In this document: positions 1-10,972 of the stretch, piece by piece | Layout of the letters: every line of letters starts with the position of its first letter | How positions within the stretch are numbered: the first letter of the stretch is position 1 | NCBI GenBank assembly: GCA_010093705.1 | Contig: MU006098.1 | Span: 572,666 to 636,665, forward strand | Direction of reading: 5' to 3' | DNA length: 64,000 nt | Origin: Patellaria atrata CBS 101060 | Lineage: Eukaryota | Program-made: the position numbers and the translations under genes | Notes under the pieces: generated by a model | What the model was told of the DNA's origin: nothing | Database searches by the model: none | The model's input: only the letters and a program-made list of their open reading frames with translations

Positions 1-387
1 GGTAATGCTCACAATGAGACAAGACGTACTGTATGGAAACAGCGTAACGAGTGAAGTCAAGTTCAAAACCGTAACATCCAAATCTATGGGTAAGATTGAT
101 GGTAAGAATAACTATGAAGAATCAAAATACATGCGTAAAGGAGCGTCCTTAAGTATTCCTTCTTCACAATCTTATTTTCCCTGACCAGCTGTGGTCAGTG
201 GCTAACACCTCTGTCCACTTCTGGACACTGGCCATGTTTGGTCAGTATGGGTCACTGCCCAGTACCTCTTGCCAACACTGGGCACTGGCCATGTCACGTG
301 ACCTCAACTTCCGTCCTAGTTGTTCCGATCCGTCGCCTGGTGCTACCCCCACCAGTGATGCATCCCTATCACTTTATAGCCGTAACA
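1..387 (-). mobile_element. LTR of an LTR-retrotransposon family, truncated by the window edge; same family as the solo LTR at 32882-33381
   Basis: 1-133 matches 33052-33184 with 3 mismatches. 293-387 aligns to ~33290-33381 and ends in the same CCGTAACA terminus. Strand inferred from a TATA-like TACTTAAGG/TATTTAAGG on the minus strand. Confidence 0.85.
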
Positions 388-414
388 TTTATATTCTTCT
401 AGTCTATAGTCGTT

Positions 415-655
415 ACATTTATATAAATTTCTCTTTTAAAAAAAATAATATTGATAATAAAATAATAAAAAATTAATTATATTATATATTTAAAGTTTAA
501 AATTTAAAATCTATATTATTATTTAATTTCAATTATATTTAATATAAAGTATTTATAATTTAGAATAAAAATTTTATATATATTAATATAGATTTTTTAT
601 TAATTCTTTTATAAGTAATATATTATATATTAAGAAACTTTATCTATTTATATTT
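415..655. repeat. Extremely AT-rich tract, possibly a RIP-degraded repeat remnant
   Basis: Almost entirely A/T with abundant TpA, directly next to the LTR end, in a window that is otherwise of moderate GC. Confidence 0.5.
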
Positions 656-2346
656 GCTAAACTCTATACCAACATGGTTTAAATGAACCCCCTTCTTGAC
701 TTAGAAGGTGGTGACAAAAGGAAAACATTATAGTACCTTACTGGGCTGGTTCTTTTCAGTTGGGATTACGAACGTTCTGTATTCAGTATTATTTGCCACG
801 CCCTGAACCGCCCTGGCACAGCGGTTCGTAAGCGCCGGGGTAATCACGCGCCCTCGCAAATAATCTTCACCTCAGCTTTCACCACGTTGTTTTTTCTTCA
901 TATCTATTCAAACCTTCATCTTGCTCTGATCTTATCCTGCTCTCGGACACTCCTATGGGGTTCAAATGGTCCTAGAAGCTCATTACCGTATATCCTTAAA
1001 ATGACGAGTCCTATGCGCTGAGGATGTGTACTAGGCACCACCATGGTACTGTATTTACAGCAACGACTTGTTAGATGGTGTGGCCTTACGAATGGCTAAG
1101 GATGAGATATCCCTGACACTGTCTTCTCCCATCTCTTTGAGTTTGTCCGGTTTTTGCATTTCGTCGCTTGCTTGTTTTCTCCTAATGTCATACGGGAGTC
1201 CTTTTGCAAACACATGGGGAAGAGATGAGATTGTTGTATTCAAACATTTTAAATTTTTTTGAGGTTAGCAAAGTTGCATCGGGATTGTGGAGAGAGACCA
1301 CTCATCCCCGGAGACGGTTATCAGCCTCGAGGCATCTCAAGAGGAAAGGAACTTAGATTTATTAGCTCATCGTCAAGTTCTCTCCTACTTACGTTGCATT
1401 TCTTGGTCTTCTGACGTCCTTTTGCTTGGATAAAAATCAAGAGGTTGGATCCATTTTTAGCTTACGGGATGGAACTCCCTTAAATGCATTTTTTGTCTGC
1501 TGGGAATTTATACTAATATATAGTTCTAGCTCTCAAATTCATCCATCTCCACCTCTCATCTCTTCTTTTGTCCCGGTGAACGCCTTCTGCCTTATACCCT
1601 AGCTATTGTGTTCTGACTGGTCCTCCCACTGTCGGGTCTCACCTACCTCACCCGAGTCCCTCCCCTTCAATACTTTCTCAACCGTCTGTGAGCCATTTCC
1701 AGAAATGCTCCTTGTCTTCAGGCAAATATACCTATCTTTACTATGTGGGACGCTGCAATAGCATCTTGAAAGATAAAATGCGAAAATGCATGACAAGAAA
1801 CTTCACCATTTCCTGATTGGAAATCCTGATATTTAGGTGCGGATTCAACTCTGTTACCTTATCACCCATTTTAACTGTACTACTACCTTAGGCAGATTTG
1901 GCCAATAAGGTAGGTCTACTTATGAAACAGTTCCCTTCCTTAGAGACGTAACGCTCCCGTGTGAGTGAATCGTTCTGTCCCTTTACATCATGTCGTATCA
2001 TCAGGCCTTAGAAGCTCTTTCCTCGAGCTTTTTTATCTCCCATAGTGATTCTAATCACTCGTTTTCATATTCAGTGTTTTCCATTGTCTTCTCAGCATTA
2101 CAACACCACTGTCTATCCACATATTCTGCGAGCCATTCATTTTTACATCCGAGGTCGACATTTTAAAATACATTCAATCAATTGCAAGCTAATTTTGCTA
2201 CACACAATCCAATTATCGTAATTACCAGAGCATCAATTTTCAGTTGCACTACACGTAACTAGAGGTCATCACCTCATAAAACTAAGTCAGGTCTCATCCC
2301 TTCCAACGCCCTTTTGGATATTCTATTTGCACCTCTTTTAGTCACA

Positions 2347-5300
2347 ATGATGGAACGAAAGAATTTTAGGAAAGAAAGGAGAGGCAGGAATGGTATCCAG
2401 TTTCCTGGCCTAGAAGAGATTTCCCCGCCCGAGACCGGCACCTTACCTGTTAGGCAAAGAAAACAACGAGGTTTTCAAGACCATTCATGTCCACCAATCC
2501 TCCTCCAGAGTGCCCAGAATCGTGACTGGCCCGATACTGTTCTTTATTCCATCGAGAGGAGCACCCAAAAATCGAGGCGCTCCCACTATGACAGCGCGTA
2601 CTATGACTACGAGCCCGTACCCTCCCCATTACGGATATCCATGACTCCCGACAAACCCTCCTTGGATACAGACTGGAAGTCAGTATGCCCACCCGGTCTA
2701 GATCGCAAATGTTACCGCAATAGTTTCCACCCACTCTGGATCCGTAGTCAAATCATGAGGCATAGAGACGTGCATCCAATTCACGGTCCTAAGAGTCCTA
2801 AACAGAGAAGGCCATTCCACTCATCTCACTCACAACTATGGATACCTATACTTAGGCTCAAACAATCCAAAAGCGTGAAGAGCGAATACGATAAGATGGT
2901 GAGGCATAAATGGGCATACGAAAGGTTTGTAGCAAACCAGTTCCGATCTCTACTGCATAGTGAAGATGAAGAGCGTGACGAAGAGGATTTAGATGATTAT
3001 GAGGACGAGAGTCAAGAATATTGCCAAGAGTCGGAAAGGGAAGTTCTCTCAGGATCAACGGAAGAGGAAGATTACGAAGAAGAGAGAGCAGAATACATAG
3101 AAGAATTGCCCGAGCCAGTCGTGCCCTTGAAATCTACCGAGATCAAACCACCCCAGGAAGAGAGGAAAGATAGCGCCTTCATAACCGAATCCGAATTTCC
3201 GTACACTTTCAGGTACAAACCCGCAAATGACCCACAACCACCAAATCCAGAATCCGATATGACAATTGTAACTCCGGAACAGGTTGAAGCACGTCCTCAG
3301 GAGTTAGAGTTACATTCTAGGCTAAGGCGCATGAAAGCTCTCTCAGCTCAACATAAATGTCTGTTCTCGACTTTTGATGATTTCCACGATAGTCTTCTCA
3401 CTAGAATCAGATGGGGTAAGCTACGCACAGAGGAAATCACAAATAAGTTATTCGACATGGGAAAGCCCGTCCTCTCAGACTATGATCCTCTACTTCCATT
3501 GTATCGCGTGAACAAGACTGGTTTCCAGCTGGAGCTAAAAGATAAACGACTGGATGCGGCCGAGTACCTCGACAGCAAGGGAATGCACTCCGCGGGGTTT
3601 CTTTGGCGAAAATACAGACGCTCGTTCCAAATGAATGATGAAGTTGTCCAAAATGGTCTCCGCGTTAACCCTCACAGGTGGTTCCGCGACTTCCCCACTG
3701 TCCACGATGACGAAGTAGATTCGCACTCCGGGCTTGAGAGGATGGGACATAGTCGTGGAGATATACTTGGTACCCATATTATGATGGGATATAAACTCGA
3801 GCGGGAAGTTGCCTGGGTGGAGAAATTATGGAATGTTTTGCATAAACAGCACCATGAGAACGTTCAAAGAGCATTGGACCTTTATCAGCTACATCCGGAC
3901 ACAAATATCTGGACATTATGCCGGAAGAATCCAAATGATTCGCTTTATCATCTAGAGAGAGTCTGGAGATTCACAGCAAGCCTTCTCACGTACCGAGTAA
4001 CCTCACTGCAAAAGCAACTCCTGGCAATATCAAAATTACATCTTCAGTATCGCCCTCGGAATATCAATGAGGCGAAACAAAAAGCACTCGGAGTCCTTCG
4101 ACTAGGTACGTGTCAAACTACTATTCTGAAAATGGTACACAATCTAGATTCGCAGGAAAAGAACGGGGGCTGCAGGGTCTGGGATTGCTACGGCCCGCAA
4201 AACTGCTGGGATATAATCAGTCATATCACCGAATCAGATAAAGTGAAGATGTCTTTTGCGCCAATGTCTGGGGGATTACCCCCTCCTCCTCAGGACGTAG
4301 CAATGGGGCCTAACGGCTTTCAAATACAGAATTTGCCTATTATTCCAGATTTCGCTGCGTTGGAAGCACTAAAAGCGGACCGCGAGAATGCCGCGGGTGG
4401 CGATGACAATGACAACGGCTTCAAAAGAGGACGGATGCAGGCGCCCTCAGCATCGCACTATAAATTCAGTGCGGTTGCTTGGGGTGCGAAAGAAGCGGAT
4501 GATCAAGGCGATATCAGCAACCAATCGTTACGGGACTTTTCGCCTGCGCCGTGGAGGGATGAGAGTGATGTTTCGGAGGGTCCAGCGCCCAAGTCTAAAG
4601 GTGCGGACAAGCAACGTGCTGGACTACCCGGAGGATCATCTCGCTCTAGTACACCGCACGGTCGGGAAGCAGACGCGAGACGCACTTCCAAGGTGAGGAA
4701 ACATGTCAGGCCTACGGGTAAATCTCTGTCGAAGAAGCTGAAATGTTCGCTACCGAGCGTCACAGAACCCTTACCAGGGCAACCAATCCCGGAAGGATTT
4801 GAAAGAGCGAAAGAGATATTCACGAGGATTATCAGAAAACTTGACACTTCCGACGCTGCAACAGATTATACCGAAAATATTCGCCAATTTGAGACCGGTA
4901 AGCACCTATCCAGAGTCGGAAAAGGAAAACTCTTGCGTATCAACTAACTTGCTAGCTACCCTCACCCTCGATGAATTGTATCATGCCTCGATGCCTCTTA
5001 TATACGAACACAAAGACGTCATTGACGAGCACGACGAGTTGATCAAGGCAATATATGAGTATTCTCAACGCCCAGTTCCTAGGGAGGATATAGCAAGGGC
5101 AAGATATCGTTCTTGGATTGCGTACTATTATCAACCTGTCACGGAAGATGTATTAGAGGAAAAGCAAAATGTGCTGCAAAGATTACTAGGGGATAACTAT
5201 ACTGAGTATCTGACCGCAAACACAGACTGTGAAGCCGCCGTTAGAGAGCGGCGCCGTGGAATCCGCGAGCTCATCAAAGCAGGTATGTTGGCAGTGTCTC

Positions 5301-8300
5301 CATGTATTTCACCCAGAGATATTATTTTCGTCTAACGTGGGGAGCAGGGGGAAATACTGAACCCTCAAGAAAAAGGGAAGATGATGCCTTAGAACGTCTC
5401 AAGCATATTCTCAACACTGACGAAAAACGTGCGGCCCATCATGACTGGGCTCACAAAACCGCCATAAATCGTTATAGTGGGACAGCTTACTCTCGAATGT
5501 CACGTAAATGGAAAGCCAAACAGCTGAAGCCGCAAAATGGGGAGAATGCTTCCGAGAAGTCTCGTGCAATGGTATCCACTACTACATCACCAATACGTAG
5601 TACTCACGCTATAGCTCATAACCATAGGAGCACGATGGTACCGTATCTTCTTTGCGCAGGAGCATCACTTTCGGACCCGCAATCAGACGCAAGGCCAACA
5701 CAATCGAACTCCCCGACTGTACCTGCGGATCGATCTTCCTCCGACGAGATGCCTGCAATTCTAGAAGCTAGGGCTCTATTGGAAGATGCGCTCAAAGATG
5801 TTCTAGGCAATGAATGGAGCGAATATGAACATGCTTGGAAGGAATACTTACAGGGTAGGACTATAAAACTACAAAGCTACAAACCTCACTCAAAAACTGC
5901 ATTATTGCTTGTCGTTCATTACATAATTGGAACGAAGACCCTTTCAAATCGACGTGAGCTGACATACCTTTCAAAGATTCTAATCAATTAGAATTTTATA
6001 CCCGGATATTTGACTTTTATGCTCGAGATGGTTTTGAAGGCCTTCATAAGGAGTATCTCACCAGCCGAGGCTTTGCCCCTAATCCCGATGCCGAATCAGC
6101 AGTGCTTCCACTTGCTGATGGCGACGATAAAACTCTCAGCGCGACTACCGAGAGAGGGACGTTGAAAGGGACGGATTTAGACATAGATGACATAAGAAAA
6201 GCTTTTTTACAGCACTATCCGGTCTATATGCGGTTCTATGAGGATTGTAAGAAAGGTAAAGAATCTGTCGAATCGAAACTCCCGGGTCATGGCGGTAGAG
6301 ATGGGTAATTTAAACCCTAGATTTGCTAACAGACTCTCATTATTAGGTAAACTCACATTCAAAAAATTCGATGAAGAGGGCAAAACAATGTGCAAAGACA
6401 TCCTTGATCCCGGTCGGAGAGACACTGCGCAGAAAACGCATCGAAAAGTCGTTCAAAGCTTTACCGGTCCTGAGCTGTATAATAAGAGGAAGTCATTATT
6501 CTTGGACTCAAAGGTAAAACCTGAGGATTGGGCTAAGATTAACTCGGCACTGCATCCAAAAACCGAATTACCGATGAAGAAGGTGTTTAGTGGTGATGAC
6601 TGGAGTATCTGGATTGACACACTAGTAGGGTGGCATGATAGTGAGTGCAACATTATTTCTGAGCCCGTTACCTGACAATTATCTCCCGATCAATCGTCCC
6701 CTCAACGTGAACCAGTTTCGAAAAACGCAAACGGGGTATTGGTGAAACCAAAATAAATCTTCTAACAATATATAGAAACGATAAGCTATGAAATGATACA
6801 GACGGCACTATCCCTATGTTTCAGTCCATATCAGATACGACTCTTCAATGCCCACTTCAAGGCGGTCACTGAACACTTACATCTCGGGGATGAGAATCCC
6901 CCACAGCCTCAATCTCAGAACCCAGATAGGGAAAATACAGCTAAGACACCCGCGCATGTCGCCTACAAACGTGCAGAAGAGCTTTCTGCACTCTCTCCCA
7001 CAACTCAGGAGATTCTGCGAAAGTGGTTGGGAAATACTCTGTGGCAACGATGGGTTAGGTCTTATTCGCGCTATATTTCTAATCAGTTAAACCAGGAGGA
7101 TTTTACAAAGCAGCTAAGGAAATTCCTGACTGACGAACAACTCGAAAGATCCCAATTACATGTTGAGGTTATTAACATGCGGGTAAGGAAAAGGAACGAT
7201 TCTCAATCTGAGACTTCATCCACAGAGGAAGAACAGGGCGTAGAGGGGCATGATGAGTTTTCCGACATTAGTGGCCAGGATGAACAGAAGCGTGAGGAAT
7301 CGGAGCCCCCTACCCAACTCCATGGTAACCTTGCTCTAGTAATGATAGGACGAAGAGAAAAAGAGATGCAGGATAGAACTGCTCGAAAGAAAGCTTCAGT
7401 GAAGACAATGCGAAGGCAAAGAGAAGCGCTTGATGAAAGTAAGCGCACTGAAGCTATGGCTGGACTTATCGCGTTGAAAAAAGAAGCGACCGAGCGGGGA
7501 CTCCACCGAGGAGAAAGCCCCAGTTCAAGCTCGGATTCGAGCGAAGAAATTCCCCTTGCACTGCTTCGAATCCCTTCCGACCCACAAGTTCTGTCCGACC
7601 CACAAGTTCTTTCCGACCCACAAGTTCTTTCCTACCCACAGATTCCTTCGGACTTATCCGACTTCAACGATAGCAAAGATGCCGAAGACATATCATCTTC
7701 ACGCATATTATCTATCAACCAGGAACTTCACCGTCTAAACGTGGATCCATATATGCAAAAGGCTGGGTTTCTCGACTCTCCCCGAGTTCTGCTTACAGAC
7801 AGGAACGATCGTGATGTAACTCTCCAAAATCATCTGTCTGGGCCACCGCAGGAGGAACGGGACACGGAGCTTGAGGATTTCAGGCAACCGATTGAAACAA
7901 GAAGTGTACAGAGAGCAAACGATCAAAGGGACGACTCGAAGCGAACTTTGCAACAAACCTCCAGCACTAAAACGCTTGAATATAATGCTGATGATCTTGT
8001 TCTTATTGCTTGGCACAGTATCCTTGACCGCCGTTCTCGTGACCGAGTCCAGCGTTGGGAATCGATGGTACTATCCGGTGCTTACGATCGCTCCCTAGGT
8101 CAGCAATTTGAGGACGCCGCAGACAATGAGCGCAGGAAAAGGCTCGAAATCCTACAACGCCTAAATGGGCGCCAATTTGCTACACAATTGTTTTCAGAAG
8201 TCCAGTTTGCATGCTACTATCCCGATCCTCGTCAGTCGCGTAATCCGGCCCATGCGCACTGGAGCGAGCCCAAAAGGGGTCTCTTCGGTGTCATGGCAGA

Positions 8301-9852
8301 CACAGCACTACGTGTTGCTCGGTTTGAGGATGAGCTCTTTGATGCAAAAAAGAGGGGCGAGGGTGTGGTAGACACTACTAGCCTAGAAACGAGTAAGGAT
8401 ATTGTTATGGACTTGTTGAAGCAAATTGTTAACACCTTCGTCGGTCGTAATTGTTTTAAGGAAGAAGTTAAATCCGTCAGCAAGCAGATACGAGAAAGTT
8501 TGAAGGAAACAGAGGGGATGGATGTTCCCGGTGGGCTGATTCCGCAGTCGGGATTGGATCTCTCTACCATGTCTGACGAGGAGCAAATTTCCTATGCGGT
8601 GGAATTATCGATGCGGGAAACACAACCATCTTCAGAGCCAAAATATCAAGCTCGGAAGGTTGAACGGGATGAACGCAAATTAGAGCAACGCTTCGACGAG
8701 TTTTTCCCCATAGAAAATGACGAAGACCAGTGTTCAACTGAGTCTGACGAGGACCAGTATCAAGTTGAAGAGGACGAAGACCAATATCAAATTGAAGATG
8801 AACCGGGAAGCGATATTGACTTAGATTGTGTGGACGAGGACGAGCTGGAAAGCGATACCGACTTGGACTTTCTGGATGAGGACGAGCAGATCGAACGCGC
8901 TCTGGCTTTATCTCTCGAGATTCAGGAATCATTCCTATCGGAGCATGCAGATTCAGGAGAAGAAGTCGGACAGAGCGAGAACGAAGCTGAAGAAGACCCA
9001 AAAAATTCTTCTTTGTCCATTTCACCTTCTGATGATGGTGGATCGGATAAGGAAAATCAGCCTCTACAAAGGACATCGAAAGCGAACAAGGGAAAGGGGA
9101 ATGCAAAGGTCGAAGTCTCTACATTCACAGCAAGTAACGCACCGATCACACCAGAGAACACTTCCCTACAGCCCTACGACCCATATGACTCAAGCGATGA
9201 GGAGCTGAAAAAGGCTCTAGCCTTGAGTCTGTTAGAGGACAGCTTTGAAGTCAACCAGGATAAAGCGCAGGCTGGAATGGCCGAGAGGACACCACTCCAA
9301 AGTGTAGGAAATAGGACTCCTAGCGCGAACGAGCATGCTCAGAAAGACGAGGTCCTTAGTCAGTCAGATGGAGCTGCGGATTTGGACAACAGTCCTCAGG
9401 AAGCGGATACTAGAAATCGGGAGTCGGATCTACATTTTGAGGGAGAACCGGAACGAATTTCCATGGTGGGAAATACAGAAACTACGAGCACTGCGGCGGA
9501 TTTAGGTCCCTTGGAGAAGGATAAAACTTCTCCAAATTCTTCTATGCAGATACAATACCAACAGAACCCGCATTCACAGCCTGATTCAGGCGATAATGTC
9601 ATTTATTCATCGCGCGACCGTTTGCAAGCCCCTCCGGAGTCTCGAATTTTATCATCAAGCCCGCGTGAAGAACAGCAACCTTTGACATCCACTTCTCCTC
9701 CACACTCTCCTCGATCTCCGACTGCTCAATTCGCTGTAGCTTCTTCCAGTCGGGGGTTACTCACCTCCGCGGCGAGGAAGCGAAGTAGGTCGGGGAGCGG
9801 TAGCAATGACGAGGAGAATGATGAGATGGGGAAGAAGAGGAAGACATGGTAG
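2347..9852 (+). CDS. Large multi-exon hypothetical nuclear protein (~2,340 aa) with tandem Ada1/Tad1-N-terminal-like helical repeats and 3 UIMs
   Basis: ORFs 2314-4947, 4799-5335, 5302-5991, 6102-6308, 6238-6675 and 6793-9852 join in frame through GT-AG introns at 4898-4955, 5283-5347, 5855-5976, 6256-6346 and 6641-6775. Spliced length is 7035 nt, divisible by 3. UIM-like motifs DEEQISYAVELSMRE, EDEQIERALALSLE, DEELKKALALSLLE; basic C-terminal NLS-like RKRSRS...KKRK. Further in-frame introns in the 5' part are possible. Confidence 0.75.
7576..7647 (+). repeat. 18-bp coding tandem repeat (SDPQVL x3-4)
   Basis: TCCGACCCACAAGTTCT(G/T) three times plus a degenerate fourth copy. Confidence 0.9.
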
Positions 9853-10240
9853 ACTTATGGGTGTTGCAAATGGAAATGAAAAATGGTGTTGGAGAATTCG
9901 GATCAGGCTATCAGTTGGTTGTATCATGTTGATACAAGAAGTAGTTTGATTGGGGATGCATTGCTGCTGTACAACGTTGGGTAATGACGAAATACCCATG
10001 GGGTTAAATTATTGTACCTTCCGTAGATAGTGTCTTTCACTAAGATTTGGTATGATCAATGAAAAAAACTGCCATTTCCTGGTGTTTCAATTACTTCCAC
10101 TAAAAGTAGAGATGGTTCCATTCGTAGTTCTAAGGGGGTAAAGAAACGGAACAAGTGCAACTTGGGCGAAAGGGAAACTGATATAATAGATATCATTGGG
10201 TGGTATGAGAACTGCAAAAACTTAGGATTATAAAAAACCG

Positions 10241-10259
10241 AAAAAAAAAATGGGCAAAA
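10241..10259 (-). terminator. RNA polymerase III oligo-T terminator of the tRNA-Arg gene
   Basis: T4 and T10 runs on the minus strand 20-40 nt downstream of the tRNA 3' end. Confidence 0.65.
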
Positions 10260-10278
10260 GTTTGATTTTCATTTAAGC

Positions 10279-10360
10279 TGAGCCTGCCAGGGGTCGAACC
10301 TGGAGTCTCCTGATATCGACGTAATCGTAGTCAGACGCGTTGCCATTGCGCCACAGGCCC
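10279..10360 (-). tRNA. tRNA-Arg(ACG) with 10-nt intron (10315-10324)
   Basis: Minus strand reads GGGCCTGTGGCGCAATGGCAACGCGTCTGACTACGA-[TTACGTCGAT]-ATCAGGAGACTCCAGGTTCGACCCCTGGCAGGCTCA. Acceptor stem GGGCCTG/CAGGCTC, A-box TGGCGCAATGG, T-loop GGTTCGA, anticodon ACG, intron at the canonical position. Confidence 0.95.
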
Positions 10361-10930
10361 TGCAATTGTTGGGGTTAGTTGGTGCAAGTCTCTCAATAAC
10401 TAAAAAGCTTTTTCGCTAAGTATAGCAATCGAGCCTATCATACTGCCAAGCGTTTAAGCGAATCTAGTCTATCTTTACTTTGAACTATAAAGGCGTGCCA
10501 AATATCTTTGTTTGCGTACTCTACAGCTATTCGCATACTTAAGACTATGTATCCCCGATATATATAGAGGAACTAAGTAATATTCTCTGAATTTCAACGA
10601 ATGATCTAAAATTTAACAGTTATAAGCCCGGCTAGCCTTACAATTTAATTACTTCCCTCGACTTTCGCACGTACTAAATACTGCTGCTACCTTACTAGGT
10701 ATTATCTTCCGTCATTACCGGCGACGTAACCACGGGATTCGGCTCGTCGTATCTGACGATGTAAAAGAACCAGAACATCGGCCCCTAAATTTGGCCTTTA
10801 GTATCGGATGCCTCGCACAGCATCACTCGTCAACAGCTATCTGTACGGACTGATCTACGGTCTCGTCAGGTTATCCGTACAGCCTCAGTATCGGCCTCCA
10901 CGGTAGTCTCCAATTGTCTGTTCAGATTCG

Positions 10931-10972
10931 TTCGGCCACGTCTTCGGCCACGTCTTCGGCCACGTCTTCGGC
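10931..10972. repeat. 12-bp tandem repeat (TTCGGCCACGTC x3+)
   Basis: Direct reading; encodes AEDV repeats in minus-strand ORF 10922-11224. Confidence 0.85.

Noticed and set aside
198..476. ORFs 198-476 and 33056-33277
   Set aside because: They lie inside LTR/AT-rich sequence with no protein-like features.
1000..1800. Short minus-strand ORFs (1055-1243, 1599-1796) as a possible degraded gene
   Set aside because: No recognisable motif or consistent splice model.
6305..6332. Alternative 28-nt intron in the orphan gene
   Set aside because: Too short for a typical fungal intron; donor 6256 with acceptor 6346 keeps the frame and restores the repeat consensus.
7576..10972. Short tandem repeats as CRISPR-like arrays
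   Set aside because: Head-to-tail repeats with no spacers, in a eukaryotic context.
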